From an uncultured delta proteobacterium (GTDB taxonomy: Bacteria; Myxococcota_A; Polyangia; Polyangiales; Houyiibacteriaceae): a stretch of DNA of 64,000 nt. Below, piece by piece: positions 1 through 10,175 of the stretch (positions are counted from its first letter, which is position 1; each line of letters opens with the position of its first letter). Below the pieces are notes generated by a model. It saw only the letters and a program-made list of their open reading frames with translations. It did not search any database and was not told the DNA's origin. Position numbers and translations under genes: made by a program. The stretch is from contig CAVOVB010000001.1 of assembly GCA_963699755.1 (NCBI GenBank), positions 160,001 to 224,000 of the forward strand. Reading direction: 5' to 3'.

Positions 1-1484
1 TAGACGAAGAAGCGGCTGTCCTTGTTCTTCTCGATCCAGCTCTGTGCCTCACCAAAGACATTGGAGGCGTTGGTGTTGCGCGCCTCACGAATGTAATTGG
101 TGTAGTGATCCCAGCCTTGATCAAAACCGAATGCGTTCGACACGTAGCCGTTGGCAATGAAGCTCGCGGTCTTGAATCCCGCCTTCTTGTAGACCTCGCT
201 CAGCATCAACGCGGACTTCGGAAGCTTGGAGGCGTCTTCCTTGGTGCGGTGGGTGGCCGGATGAAGTGAGGTGAGCACGCTCGCGACGGCAGGCTTGGTC
301 CAGTTTTCGGGTGTCTGCGTGCGTTCGAAGAGGGCGCCTTGCGCGGCGAACTCGTCGATTGCGGGCGTCTTCACGCGGGTCTTCGGGTAGTAAAGCTGGA
401 GCTTGCTCGCCCGCAGGGTGTCGATGAGAAGAACGATCACGTTTCGGGCGGGCTCGTCGAACGTGGCGACCTCAGCGGCCCGTCGGACGATTCGGACGTC
501 GCTCAAGGCGAGGTCGGTCGCACCCTCGTTTCGGAAGCGCAATCGAACGAGCTCGCCTGTGTACTTGCTCAGGGAGATTGCTTGGTCGGACCAAGTGGCC
601 CCGAGCTCAATTCGTTCGGCGGTGCCCGGAGAGCCGTCCTGGCTGATCGTTACGGACAGGGTGCCGCTTCCCTCCGAGTGGAGGCCGGCACCGAATACGA
701 GCGTGCCTTCGTCCGGCGCCTCGACGAACCAGTCCAACTGCGAGGCAGGCGCCAAGACGATCGCGCGCCGCTCTACGCCAGCCACCGATACCTGCTGCAC
801 CTCGATGGGCTTAGGCGCGGCCCCCGCTTCGGCGCTCGATGGCTCGAAGCGTAACCAGTCGATCGCGACTGAGCGGGCTTTGCCGCGAACCTGCGCTGTC
901 TTGGTCGAGCGCAGCATGATCGCGTTCTCGCCGGGACGAATGAGAGCCTCCGAAATCGGGATTGCGACTTCGCGGAAGCCGTCTGCTTCCGACACGCGCG
1001 CTTCGCCGGCAGTCGAGCCATTGACGTACACGATCAGCGCGCCGGCCGCATAGGGTTTGACCCGAAAGCGCAGTTGCATCGCCTGCTTCTTGTCAGCCGG
1101 GAGGTAGAGCCGTGCGGTCTTGCCAAAGGTCGATACCCGCGCGTCACCTTCGCGGCCTTCGCCCAGCCAGCCGCTGTTCCAGTTCCCGATAGTGTACTTG
1201 GGGCGAGCCGCCGTGCCGAAGTCGATGAAGAGGCCAGAGGGGTCGTAGACGTCGGCCAGATGCAAGAGCGCCAGGAGGTCCTCGTGGTTGGCCGTACCCC
1301 TAGGCGCAGGGGCCACGTCAGGCGCCGGCGCCTCCTGGCGCCTGGCTCGGGCAGCTTGGGGTTCCAGCTCGGACCCCCGCTCGGGCGGCACCTCGAGGTC
1401 GGAACCCTCCTGCCCACAGGTGAATCCCTGCAGACAAAGCAGAACGAGGAGCGCCAAGCGGCTCTTCTTGTGACTTCCCCACAT
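1..1484 (-). CDS. Sulfatase-like / alkaline-phosphatase-superfamily hydrolase, probably exported (3' end runs off window)
   Basis: Not in the ORF track; both ends translated by hand in the same frame: MWGSHKKSRLALLVLLCLQGFTC... and NVIVLLIDTLRA...TPENWTKPAVASVLTSLHPATH...FGFDQGWD. Thr sits at the nucleophile position instead of C/S-x-P-x-R. Confidence 0.8.
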   Translation of the reverse strand, partial: MWGSHKKSRLALLVLLCLQGFTCGQEGSDLEVPPERGSELEPQAARARRQEAPAPDVAPAPRGTANHEDLLALLHLADVYDPSGLFIDFGTAARPKYTIGNWNSGWLGEGREGDARVSTFGKTARLYLPADKKQAMQLRFRVKPYAAGALIVYVNGSTAGEARVSEADGFREVAIPISEALIRPGENAIMLRSTKTAQVRGKARSVAIDWLRFEPSSAEAGAAPKPIEVQQVSVAGVERRAIVLAPASQLDWFVEAPDEGTLVFGAGLHSEGSGTLSVTISQDGSPGTAERIELGATWSDQAISLSKYTGELVRLRFRNEGATDLALSDVRIVRRAAEVATFDEPARNVIVLLIDTLRASKLQLYYPKTRVKTPAIDEFAAQGALFERTQTPENWTKPAVASVLTSLHPATHRTKEDASKLPKSALMLSEVYKKAGFKTASFIANGYVSNAFGFDQGWDHYTNYIREARNTNASNVFGEAQSWIEKNKDSRFFV

Positions 1485-1570
1485 GCAGGGTCGGCTACCA
1501 CGGCACGGCATCCGGGGCAACGGAGCCGGGGAGACCCTCGAGCCAAGAGATGTGCTACTGCACTGGCCTC

Positions 1571-3487
1571 ATGGATGGCAACGGCGAGCCTCGCGAATGG
1601 AGCGTGAAGAAGAGCAGCAAGCTCTACCAGATCAAAGGCTGGGGAGAGCCCTACTTCCGCATCAACGAGCTGGGGCACGTCGAGGTGCGACCCGATCCGA
1701 CCGCAGATCGGGCGATCGATCTCTATGATCTCACCAAGCAGCTGGCTGAACGCGGACTCGACCTGCCCCTGCTGATTCGATTTCCCAACATCCTTCAGGA
1801 TCGAATTCGGCTTCTGAACGAGTGCTTCAACAACGCGATCCGCGAGTATGGGTACGGTGGGAAGTACCGCGGCGTGTTTCCCGTCAAAGTCAATCAGCAG
1901 CGGCATCTGGTCGAAGAGATCGTCGAGTCCGGAAGGCCCTGGCAATTTGGCTTGGAAGCAGGGTCGAAGCCCGAGCTGCTGATCACACTCGCTGCGATGG
2001 AAGACGAAGACGGCTTGATCATCTGCAACGGCTACAAAGACCTCGCCTACCTGGAGACCGCACTCGTTGCGCAGCGCTTCGACAACACGGTCGTCGTGGT
2101 GCTCGAACGCGTCGAAGAGCTCGAGCTCGCCTTCCGGGCATCCGAGAAGCTCGGCATCCGGCCCTGCCTAGGGGTTCGTGCGAAGCTCAGCAGCAAGGGG
2201 ATGGGCCGCTGGGCTGACTCTGCCGGTGACCGCGCGAAGTTCGGCCTGTCGATGTCGGAGATCGTCTACGTCGTCGACGAGCTGGAAAAGCGCAGCATGC
2301 TCGATTGCCTGAAGCTCCTGCACTTCCATCTTGGGAGCCAGGTCTCGAGCATCATCCCCGTGAAGAACGCCATGCGCGAAGCGGGGCAGATTTACGTCGA
2401 GCTGACGAAAATGGGTTGCGAGATGGGATTCCTGGACGTCGGCGGCGGCCTGGCGGTCGACTACGACGGCTCGAAGACCGACTTTCGCGGCTCGATGAAC
2501 TACGATTTGCAAGAGTACGCCTACGACGTCGTGGCGGGCGTGCAGGAGGCCTGCGAGAAGGCAAGCGTTGAGCCGCCCACCATCGTCAGTGAGAGCGGAC
2601 GCTCGATCGCTGCCTACCAGTCGGTGCTGGTTTTCGATGCCTTGGGGGTCGATCACGTCGATTTGGGGGAGCCGCCACAACCTTCGTCGAACGACCACCG
2701 GGTCCTCGACGAATTCTACGAAACCTGGAAGGGTATCCAACCGAAGAACGTGCAGGAGTCCTGGCACGACGCGCAGCAAGCGCTCGAAGAAGCTCGGAGC
2801 CTGTTCAAGTTCGGCTATCTCGGGATTCGCGAGCTGGCGCGGGCGGAGCATCTGTTCTGGAGCTGCTGCGAGAAGATCAGCCGCAACATGCGCCGGCTGA
2901 AGTACGTGCCCGAAGAGCTCAACGCCATCGAAGACCTCATGGGTGCGATCTACTACTGCAACTTCTCGCTGTTCCAGTCCGCGCCCGACATCTGGGCCAT
3001 GGACCATCTGTTTCCATTCATGCCGATTCACCGCCTAGACGAGGAGCCAACGGTTCGTGCGAGGCTCGCGGACCTGACCTGCGACTCTGATGGAATCGTC
3101 GACCACTTCATCGACGTCGAAGAGGTGCAGGGCTCGCTCCACCTTCATCCGGTGCAAAGCGGAGAGCACTATCTCCTAGGTATGTTTCTGGGTGGCGCCT
3201 ATCAGGAGATCCTCGGCGACCTTCACAATCTCTTTGGGGATACGAACGCAGTGCACGTCCGTTTGGAAGACTACGGCTACAGCGTGTCCAACGTGATCAA
3301 AGGCGACGCGATCGACGAGGTGCTTCGCTATTTGCAGTACGATCCCGAAGAGATGGTCGAGCGCGTTCGCAAGCAAGCCGAGCGGGCGCTCAATCAGGGG
3401 CGGATGACTCTGCCGCAGCTTCGGACCTTCATGGGCCACTACGAAGAAAGCCTCCGCGGCTACACCTACCTCAAGGGCGACGCCTGA
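1571..3487 (+). CDS. speA: Biosynthetic arginine decarboxylase
   Basis: FPVKVNQ (PLP Lys), GLEAGSKPEL, HFHLGSQ, DVGGGL, DLTCDSDG, GAYQEILGDLHNLFG. Start could be 1550 or 1571. Confidence 0.95.
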   Translation: MDGNGEPREWSVKKSSKLYQIKGWGEPYFRINELGHVEVRPDPTADRAIDLYDLTKQLAERGLDLPLLIRFPNILQDRIRLLNECFNNAIREYGYGGKYRGVFPVKVNQQRHLVEEIVESGRPWQFGLEAGSKPELLITLAAMEDEDGLIICNGYKDLAYLETALVAQRFDNTVVVVLERVEELELAFRASEKLGIRPCLGVRAKLSSKGMGRWADSAGDRAKFGLSMSEIVYVVDELEKRSMLDCLKLLHFHLGSQVSSIIPVKNAMREAGQIYVELTKMGCEMGFLDVGGGLAVDYDGSKTDFRGSMNYDLQEYAYDVVAGVQEACEKASVEPPTIVSESGRSIAAYQSVLVFDALGVDHVDLGEPPQPSSNDHRVLDEFYETWKGIQPKNVQESWHDAQQALEEARSLFKFGYLGIRELARAEHLFWSCCEKISRNMRRLKYVPEELNAIEDLMGAIYYCNFSLFQSAPDIWAMDHLFPFMPIHRLDEEPTVRARLADLTCDSDGIVDHFIDVEEVQGSLHLHPVQSGEHYLLGMFLGGAYQEILGDLHNLFGDTNAVHVRLEDYGYSVSNVIKGDAIDEVLRYLQYDPEEMVERVRKQAERALNQGRMTLPQLRTFMGHYEESLRGYTYLKGDA

Positions 3488-3547
3488 TTTTTCGGCGATT
3501 TCCCGTGCGATTTCGACAGTAGCCCGGCCAGCCTCTACGTTGAAACA

Positions 3548-4288
3548 GTGGATGTATCCGAGTTCCAAGAGGCGCTCCTTCAAGAGATGGAGCGAAAGAC
3601 GCACTGGGCCTGGCCGGCGTTCACGCGCGGGCTGGTTTCACCAGACAAGCTGCACATTCACCTCGAGCACGAGTGGGAAGTATACGTGCGCGACTTCCCG
3701 ATCATGGTGGGCCGCGCATACGTGCAGTGCCCAATCGCCGAGGTGCGCCGCGAGTTGGCAGCGAACCTGTACGAAGAAGAGACCGGCGGACTAGCTGCAG
3801 GACGGCCGCACCCCGACTTGTTCATGATGTATCCGCAGGGGCTCGGAATGGACCTCGAACGCTTCTCGAACGTTCAGCTGCTACCAGCAGCGCGCGTGTA
3901 TCGCGACTTCCTGGATGGCGCGACCACGAATCGTGGTTGGTCGGTGGCGTCTTCGGTCGCCACGCTCTTCATCGAGGGCACCGCGTACGAGCGGCACGAG
4001 CTCGATCAAGCGGCGCCGCCTCGCCCGCAACCACCGCTAGAGGAGCATCCGCTTGTGAAGCACTACGGTCTTCCGGTCGAATGCCTGGCGCTGACCAAAG
4101 CACATCGCTCGGTCGAAGGCGAGCATCGTCAAGCCGCGTGGCGCGTCATGCTCAACCACGTCCCGTCCGTCGACCGCGCCGACGTCGTTCGAGCGATGGC
4201 TCAAGCCGTCGACCTGTGGCGCGCCTACCGCGATGACGTGGCCGAAGCCTGCGGCATCCATCGAGACGCCCTGCCGCTAACCGCCTAG
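3548..4288 (+). CDS. Heme-oxygenase-like diiron (PqqC/CADD/TenA superfamily) redox protein
   Basis: NLYEEETG...H, LFIEG and HRSVEGEH match the HDO E/H...E...H-x3-E/D-x2-H ligand pattern. Confidence 0.75.
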   Translation: MDVSEFQEALLQEMERKTHWAWPAFTRGLVSPDKLHIHLEHEWEVYVRDFPIMVGRAYVQCPIAEVRRELAANLYEEETGGLAAGRPHPDLFMMYPQGLGMDLERFSNVQLLPAARVYRDFLDGATTNRGWSVASSVATLFIEGTAYERHELDQAAPPRPQPPLEEHPLVKHYGLPVECLALTKAHRSVEGEHRQAAWRVMLNHVPSVDRADVVRAMAQAVDLWRAYRDDVAEACGIHRDALPLTA

Positions 4289-5743
4289 AAGCTTCTTCTG
4301 GACCTTGCCCATCGCGTTTCGCGGGAGCTCAACCATGAACTCGAAGTCCCGCGGGCGCTTGTGGGGGCTCAGATGCTCCGCGACGAAGCTGCCGAGTCCA
4401 GCGGCGTCCTGGGCTTCCCCCGGACGCAAGACGACAAAGGCTGCAATCCGCTGGCCTAGGTCATCATCGGGCATTCCGACGACGGCCACCTCTCGTACCG
4501 AAGGATGCTCCAACAAGCATGCCTCGATCTCGCCAGCGCCCACGCGATAGCCTCCCGTTTTGATCAAGTCCGTGCTCCGGCGACCCAAGATCCGGATCGC
4601 GCCCTCCGCGGTTCGGGTCGCGAGATCACCTGTGTAGAACCAGCCCTCCTCGTCCAAGACCGCAGCGGTCGCGTCGTGCCGGTTGAGGTATCCCGCAAAG
4701 ACAGCATCGCTCCGCACAGCGACTTCCCCGATCGTCTGATCGTCATAGGCATCGAGCTCGCGACGCTGCTCATCGACGAGCTTCAACTCGACCCGAGGAA
4801 GCGGCGGCCCCACATAGCCCGGCATCGGGGCATGGGATGCAGGGACGCCGCAGTTGATGAGCGTCTCAGTCAAGCCGTATCGTTCGTGTACGCCGCGGCC
4901 TGTGAGTGCCTGGATACGCTCGTGCTCGCGCAGCGAGAGCCCCGCCGAGCCGGAAACGAGCAATCGCGCTTGGCGTAGCGCTTCACAAAGACCGGGATCG
5001 TGCTCCGCCGCTTCAGCGAGTCGGTGAAACATCGTGGGTACGCCGAAGAACACGGTCTGCTCGTGACGCGGATCGACCAGCGCCTTGGCGATGCCGTCGG
5101 CTGAGAAACGCGGAACGTGGTGAAGCGCGCCCCCCACTCGCAAGCTGCCCAAGAGCCCCAGCACCAGGCCATGCGCATGAATCAGGGGCAGGGAATGAAC
5201 GACGCTATCGCGCTCGGTCCAGTCCCAGGCTTCGGCCAGTGCATCGAGGTTCGCGGCAATGTTGCTTCGCGTAAGCACCGCGCCCTTCGGTGGGCCCGTG
5301 GTGCCAGAGGTGTAGAGAATCAGTTCGGGTGACTCGTCGACCGCGATTGGCGGCAGCGTTGCCGACCCTGGCTGGTACGCGGCTCGAAGCGAGGGGACGC
5401 CCACTGCTTCGTGAGGAATTTCGTGCCGTTCACAGCAAAACGATAGCTTCGGTGCGGAATCATCGTAGATGTGGGCGAGCTCGTCCGAGCTGAGCTTGGG
5501 GCTCAGCGGGACCGTCGCTACGCCGGCCACGGCATTCCCGATCATCGCTGCCGCCGTACAGAGATCGGGCTGCGCCCAAACCGCTACGCGATCGCCCGCT
5601 TCCACGCCGGCCCGTGCGAGCAGGGCCACGTGCTCGAGGGCAGCACCCGCGAGCTCGCCATAGGTCCAAGACTCATCGTCCACGATGAATGCTAGGCGTG
5701 AGCCGGCGAGGGTGAGGGGTGGGAAGAGCCCGGACACGCCCAA
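4277..5743 (-). CDS. AMP-binding acyl-CoA synthetase (malonyl-CoA synthetase MatB-like)
   Basis: YTSGTTGPPKG, LPLIHAHGL, ERYGLTE, FYTGD, LPRNAMGKVQK. Confidence 0.9.
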   Translation of the reverse strand: MGVSGLFPPLTLAGSRLAFIVDDESWTYGELAGAALEHVALLARAGVEAGDRVAVWAQPDLCTAAAMIGNAVAGVATVPLSPKLSSDELAHIYDDSAPKLSFCCERHEIPHEAVGVPSLRAAYQPGSATLPPIAVDESPELILYTSGTTGPPKGAVLTRSNIAANLDALAEAWDWTERDSVVHSLPLIHAHGLVLGLLGSLRVGGALHHVPRFSADGIAKALVDPRHEQTVFFGVPTMFHRLAEAAEHDPGLCEALRQARLLVSGSAGLSLREHERIQALTGRGVHERYGLTETLINCGVPASHAPMPGYVGPPLPRVELKLVDEQRRELDAYDDQTIGEVAVRSDAVFAGYLNRHDATAAVLDEEGWFYTGDLATRTAEGAIRILGRRSTDLIKTGGYRVGAGEIEACLLEHPSVREVAVVGMPDDDLGQRIAAFVVLRPGEAQDAAGLGSFVAEHLSPHKRPRDFEFMVELPRNAMGKVQKKLLGG

Positions 5744-5788
5744 TGGATATCAGCTAGCGAGGTTCTTGTCTCGCTGGCACTGACGCTG

Positions 5789-6445
5789 CTACCGCTCCAC
5801 CGGGAAGCCCCCCCGCCCCCACTCATTCCAAGACCCGTCATACAACCTCACGTCCTCGAAGCCGAGCGCGGTCAAAGTTAGCCAGGCGAACGAGCCTCGC
5901 TGGCCCGTTGCGCAATACGTGACTGTCGTCTCCGCTCGATCCATGTCCTCGTACAGCTCCTCGAGCTCGCTCCTGGCCCGGAGAAACCCGCCGCCGAGGT
6001 AGCGGACGTCGTCGTGACCGTAGTAACGAAGAGTCCAGACGATTCGGGACGGGTCGTACTCTGGGGAACCGCCGTACACCACGGCGGTGACCTCGTTCCG
6101 CAGCCCCGCCGCTCGAAGCACTGACTGCGCTTCCATCGGCAGCATGACTTGCGCCGAAACGCCGTCGACGGTCGTCGCCAAGTCGCTGGGCCTCAGGTGG
6201 ATAGCGCCCTGAATTCTGGAAGCTTCATATCCCGAGCCGCGCGTGTCGATCGGCTGAACGTCGGGGTCGCCAAGGCGTGCTTCCAGCCAGTCGGAGTCCA
6301 CCACGAGGTCGGAGCTGAGGGGAACCCCGCCGTCCAACTGGGCGCACGCGTTCAGGGACAAGCCTTGGCACTCGTTCGAGCTCGGGCCGCTCCCACAACC
6401 CAGAAGCGTCGCTGCGAAAACTACGCAAAGTTTTCTCGCAAGCAT
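5789..6445 (-). CDS. Rhodanese/sulfurtransferase lipoprotein, apparently with an internal in-frame deletion
   Basis: Lipobox LLGC; IDTR...RIQGA; active-site YCATGQRG; signature VRLYDGSWNEW. Much shorter than a tandem rhodanese. Confidence 0.7.
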   Translation of the reverse strand: MLARKLCVVFAATLLGCGSGPSSNECQGLSLNACAQLDGGVPLSSDLVVDSDWLEARLGDPDVQPIDTRGSGYEASRIQGAIHLRPSDLATTVDGVSAQVMLPMEAQSVLRAAGLRNEVTAVVYGGSPEYDPSRIVWTLRYYGHDDVRYLGGGFLRARSELEELYEDMDRAETTVTYCATGQRGSFAWLTLTALGFEDVRLYDGSWNEWGRGGFPVER

Positions 6446-6494
6446 CGCGCCACTCTACCCGAAAGACCCGAAATGCGGTACGAGGCTTTCTGCG

Positions 6495-7439
6495 ATGTTC
6501 GAACCGAGCAAGACCCTAGTCATTGCCAATCCAATGGCCCGGCACGGTTTCGTAGGGGACAACTGGCCGACGCTGAGCGCTCAAATCTTGGAGGCGCTCG
6601 GCCCCGTAGACCTTCAGCTCACCAAGTCGCAAGGCGATGGTCTTCGAATCGGTAAGCAGGCGATCGCGGAGGGAGCTCGAACGATCATCTCCTTTGGTGG
6701 GGACGGGACGCACAGCGAAGTCGTCGACGCCATCATGCGGTCCGGGCTCAACGAAGAGGTCACACTTGGCATTCTTCATGCGGGCACGGGCGGCGACTTC
6801 CGGCGAATGATCCCGGGCGCCGAGGAGCTGCAGAGCGGCTGCGCAGTGATTAGGAACGAGCGTGCAATCCCAATCGACATCGGCTGGGTTCAGTACGTTG
6901 ACGACGAAGGTCGCTCCGAGGGGCGGTTCTTTCTGAACATCACTTCACTGGGCATGGGCGGCCTCGTCGATCGCCTCGTCGCAGCATCGCCCTCCAAGAG
7001 CAGCGGCAAGGCCAAGTACTTCAAGGCCGTGCTTCGAGCGCAAATGAAGTACAAGCCAGCTCGGATCGGGCTCCGCATCGACGGCAAAGACGAAGGCGAG
7101 CACGCGATCAGCAACATATGTGTTTGCAACGGCCGATGGGCAGGCGGCGGCATGATGTTTGCGCCCGAAGCCCGGGTAGCGGACGGCGTGTTCGACGTGG
7201 TGCTGATTCGAGCAACCTCGACGCTACGCGGCCTTCCCGTGATGGCGGCGCTCTACAAAGGGACCCATGTCCGCTCCCCCATCGTCAGCACCTACCGGGG
7301 TCGGCACGTCACGGTCGAAATACTCGCCAACACCGCCTGGATGGACATCGACGGGGAGGCTCCAGGCGTCGGCCCGGCCGAATTCCGAATTCACGATCAC
7401 GCCTTGCGTGTCATCGGGATTGGGCCCGAGTTCATCTGA
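6495..7439 (+). CDS. Diacylglycerol kinase family lipid kinase (YegS/DgkB-like)
   Basis: IANP, GGDGT, GTGGDF, NGRWAGGG, DG.FD, DIDGE motifs. Confidence 0.9.
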   Translation: MFEPSKTLVIANPMARHGFVGDNWPTLSAQILEALGPVDLQLTKSQGDGLRIGKQAIAEGARTIISFGGDGTHSEVVDAIMRSGLNEEVTLGILHAGTGGDFRRMIPGAEELQSGCAVIRNERAIPIDIGWVQYVDDEGRSEGRFFLNITSLGMGGLVDRLVAASPSKSSGKAKYFKAVLRAQMKYKPARIGLRIDGKDEGEHAISNICVCNGRWAGGGMMFAPEARVADGVFDVVLIRATSTLRGLPVMAALYKGTHVRSPIVSTYRGRHVTVEILANTAWMDIDGEAPGVGPAEFRIHDHALRVIGIGPEFI

Positions 7440-7441
7440 GC

Positions 7442-8269
7442 TCAATCGTCCTCGAGGCGTTCACGGCGAAACGCGCGCACGGCAAGCTCTCCGATTCTGA
7501 GCGACGCGCCGGGCGCGTAGCGATGGAGACGCCAAAGCGCATTAACCGTGGTCGACAGCACGATGTAGAATCGATTCCGATCGACGCCGCGTAGAATCTG
7601 CCGCGCTGCTTTTCGAGGCGGCACCGGCTTGCCCGGCCAAATCTTCCGAAGGGCCTCGGAGTCGAGCTTGACATAGCTCGTCGAGTCGAGGATCGGCGTG
7701 TCGACCAGGCCGGGGCATACGACACTGACCTTCACGCCAAAGGTCGCGGCCTCGATGAGCAATGTCGACGACAGCCCGACCACGGCATGCTTGGTCGCCG
7801 CATAGGCGCCTTCGGCCGCTGCTGGAATCAGGCCGGCAGCAGAGGCCGTGTTGATGATGTGACCGAAGCCCTGCTCACGCATGATTGGATAGGCCGCGTG
7901 AACCCCGTGGACCACCCCCCGGAGGTTCACATCGATCAGCCTATTCCAATCCTCGAGGCTCGTGTCCCGGATCTCGGCGCAGATGTTCACGCCGGCATTG
8001 TTGAACATGCGGTCGATGCGACCGAGCTCATGATATACGCCGTCGACGAGGGCCTGCACCTCGGCTGCGTCCCGCACGTCGACGGTCTTTGCGTCGAGCT
8101 GCGCTCCTGCGGCCCGAAGCTCGGCGGCCGTCTGCTCGAGCAACTCGGAGTTGATATCGGCCAGTACGAGGTAGCAGCCCCGTTCCGCCATCTCCTCGGC
8201 CAGAGCCCTGCCGATGCCACCGGCGCCGCCGGTGATAATCGCGACCTTCCCCTTCAAGTCGTTAGCCAT
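7442..8269 (-). CDS. Short-chain dehydrogenase/reductase
   Basis: TGGAGGIG, NNAG, YAATK. Start placed at MANDLKG after a GGAGG RBS. Confidence 0.9.
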   Translation of the reverse strand: MANDLKGKVAIITGGAGGIGRALAEEMAERGCYLVLADINSELLEQTAAELRAAGAQLDAKTVDVRDAAEVQALVDGVYHELGRIDRMFNNAGVNICAEIRDTSLEDWNRLIDVNLRGVVHGVHAAYPIMREQGFGHIINTASAAGLIPAAAEGAYAATKHAVVGLSSTLLIEAATFGVKVSVVCPGLVDTPILDSTSYVKLDSEALRKIWPGKPVPPRKAARQILRGVDRNRFYIVLSTTVNALWRLHRYAPGASLRIGELAVRAFRRERLEDD

Positions 8270-8367
8270 GATCGGGGTTCCCTCCGAGGGCGCACGATGG
8301 CCACAAAAGCCCTTGCAGACAAGTGTGACGCGCCGGGAAGAAGAAAGGGCGCTATGCTGCTCCTTCG

Positions 8368-9159
8368 ATGCCACGACCGTTCTTCGGCCCAACGACACCG
8401 ATCCCGTTTTCGCATCGCGGCGGCGCCAAGCGCTGGCCCGAGAACACACTGCTCGCTTTTCGGAACTCTGCGGAGCTCGGCTACCGGCACGTCGAAACCG
8501 ACGTTCATGAAACCTCCGACGGTCACTTCGTCTTGTTCCACGATCCGACGCTCGAGCGAACGACGAACGGCCGAGGCCAGCTACGCGACCATACGCTTGC
8601 CGAGCTTCAACGCCTCGACGCAGGCTACCAGTTCGTGGAAGATGGAAGCTACGCCTTTAGACATGCCGGCCTCTGCATTCCGACTCTCGAAGAGGCTCTC
8701 GCTGCAGATCCGCGACTTCTCTATAACCTCGAGATCAAGCCACTCGACCCGACGCTGGCAGGCCGTCTCTGGGAATTCATCGACCACCACGGCATTCACG
8801 ATCGAGTTCTCGTCGCATCGGCGCACGACGAAGTCACCGACGCTTTTCGCAAACACAGTAGGGGTCGCGTCGTGACGTCGTCGGGGCGCCAAGGCGCGCT
8901 CCGCTTCTGGGCGCGAGCACGGGCGGGCATGTCCAAGCATCTCGTCGTTCCATTCGACGCCCTGCAGGTTCCGACGTCCTTCCATGGCATGAAGGTGATC
9001 ACGCCACGATTTGTCGAGGCCGCGCACCGTCACGGCATTCAAATCCATGTATGGACAATCGACGACCCCGCAGTCATGCTCGAGCTCCTCGCTGCCGGGG
9101 TCGACGGCATCATGACCGACCTCCCGGACGTCCTTCTCGAGGTATTGGGCAGGCACTAG
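8368..9159 (+). CDS. Glycerophosphodiester phosphodiesterase
   Basis: HRGG...PENT, ETDV...DG...HD, NLEIK, WTID, GVDGIMTD. Confidence 0.92.
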   Translation: MPRPFFGPTTPIPFSHRGGAKRWPENTLLAFRNSAELGYRHVETDVHETSDGHFVLFHDPTLERTTNGRGQLRDHTLAELQRLDAGYQFVEDGSYAFRHAGLCIPTLEEALAADPRLLYNLEIKPLDPTLAGRLWEFIDHHGIHDRVLVASAHDEVTDAFRKHSRGRVVTSSGRQGALRFWARARAGMSKHLVVPFDALQVPTSFHGMKVITPRFVEAAHRHGIQIHVWTIDDPAVMLELLAAGVDGIMTDLPDVLLEVLGRH

Positions 9160-9197
9160 CTTGTGAAAGCGAGCTGTGCTGTCATGCGAGCAACGAC

Positions 9198-10124
9198 ATG
9201 AGACCACCGATGCTCCTCTTCGCGACCGAACGCTACCAGGAGCTCTGCGAGGACATCGCAGGAGCAGGCGATTTCGATATGGGCGTCGTGGAGCGCAAGG
9301 TCTTCCCCGACGAGGAGCGCTACCGCCGCATCGATACCGATTGCGCCTTGCGCGATGTCGCACTGGTCGGCGGGACGGTCGACGACGTGGACGTGCTCGA
9401 GATCTACGACCTTGCATGCGGCCTGGTGCACCAGGGGGTCCACACCCTCACCCTCGTGCTCCCCTGGTTCGGATATCAAACGATGGAGCGGGCCTCCAAG
9501 CCTGGGGAGATCATCGCAGCAAAGAACCGAGCCCGGTTGCTCTCGTCGATCCCTTCCGCCGGCTCCGGCAACCGCGTGGTTCTCATCGACCTGCACTCCG
9601 AAGGCATCCCGCAGTATTTCTCCGGCGACATCCGACCCGTCCATCTGCAAGCCCGCTCCGTCGTGCTCCAAGCGATTCGAGATTTCGGCGGAGAGGATTT
9701 CGTCCTCGGCGCAACCGACGCCGGCCGAGCCAAGTGGGTCGAAAGCCTGGCCAACGATCTCCTGGTCGACGCCGCATTCGTGTTCAAACGGCGCCTCTCC
9801 GACACCCAAACCGAAATAACCGCCCTCGCCGCCGACGTCGAAGGCCGCCCCGTCGTCATCTACGACGACATGATTCGCACGGGCGGCTCACTGATCTCGG
9901 CTGCGAGCGCCTATCGGGAAGCAGGCGCAAGCGAGGTCTACGCAGTATGCACCCACGGCGTGTTTGCCCAGGACTCCCTCGAAAGGATTCAGGACAGCGA
10001 AGCGCTCGAGGGGATCGCATGTACGAACACGAGGCCGCACGTCCAGGACCTCGCGGACGGGGACTTTCTCAGGGTGTATTCGGTGGCGGATCTGATCGCG
10101 CAATTCTTGTCGGAGAGCGTGTAG
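9198..10124 (+). CDS. prs: Ribose-phosphate pyrophosphokinase
   Basis: FPDEE, PWFGY, DLHSE, DAG, KRR, YDDMIRTGGSL (PRPP loop), THGVF. Start 9198 or 9210. Confidence 0.88.
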   Translation: MRPPMLLFATERYQELCEDIAGAGDFDMGVVERKVFPDEERYRRIDTDCALRDVALVGGTVDDVDVLEIYDLACGLVHQGVHTLTLVLPWFGYQTMERASKPGEIIAAKNRARLLSSIPSAGSGNRVVLIDLHSEGIPQYFSGDIRPVHLQARSVVLQAIRDFGGEDFVLGATDAGRAKWVESLANDLLVDAAFVFKRRLSDTQTEITALAADVEGRPVVIYDDMIRTGGSLISAASAYREAGASEVYAVCTHGVFAQDSLERIQDSEALEGIACTNTRPHVQDLADGDFLRVYSVADLIAQFLSESV

Positions 10125-10175
10125 CGCGGGCACCCGGGGCGCGGACAAAGCACGACCCTCCGTTCGCCGCCGTAG

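Noticed and set aside
5774..5790. CTGGCAC-N5-CTGCT sigma54-like motif
   Set aside because: It points into the 3' end of an oppositely oriented gene, so there is no plausible target.
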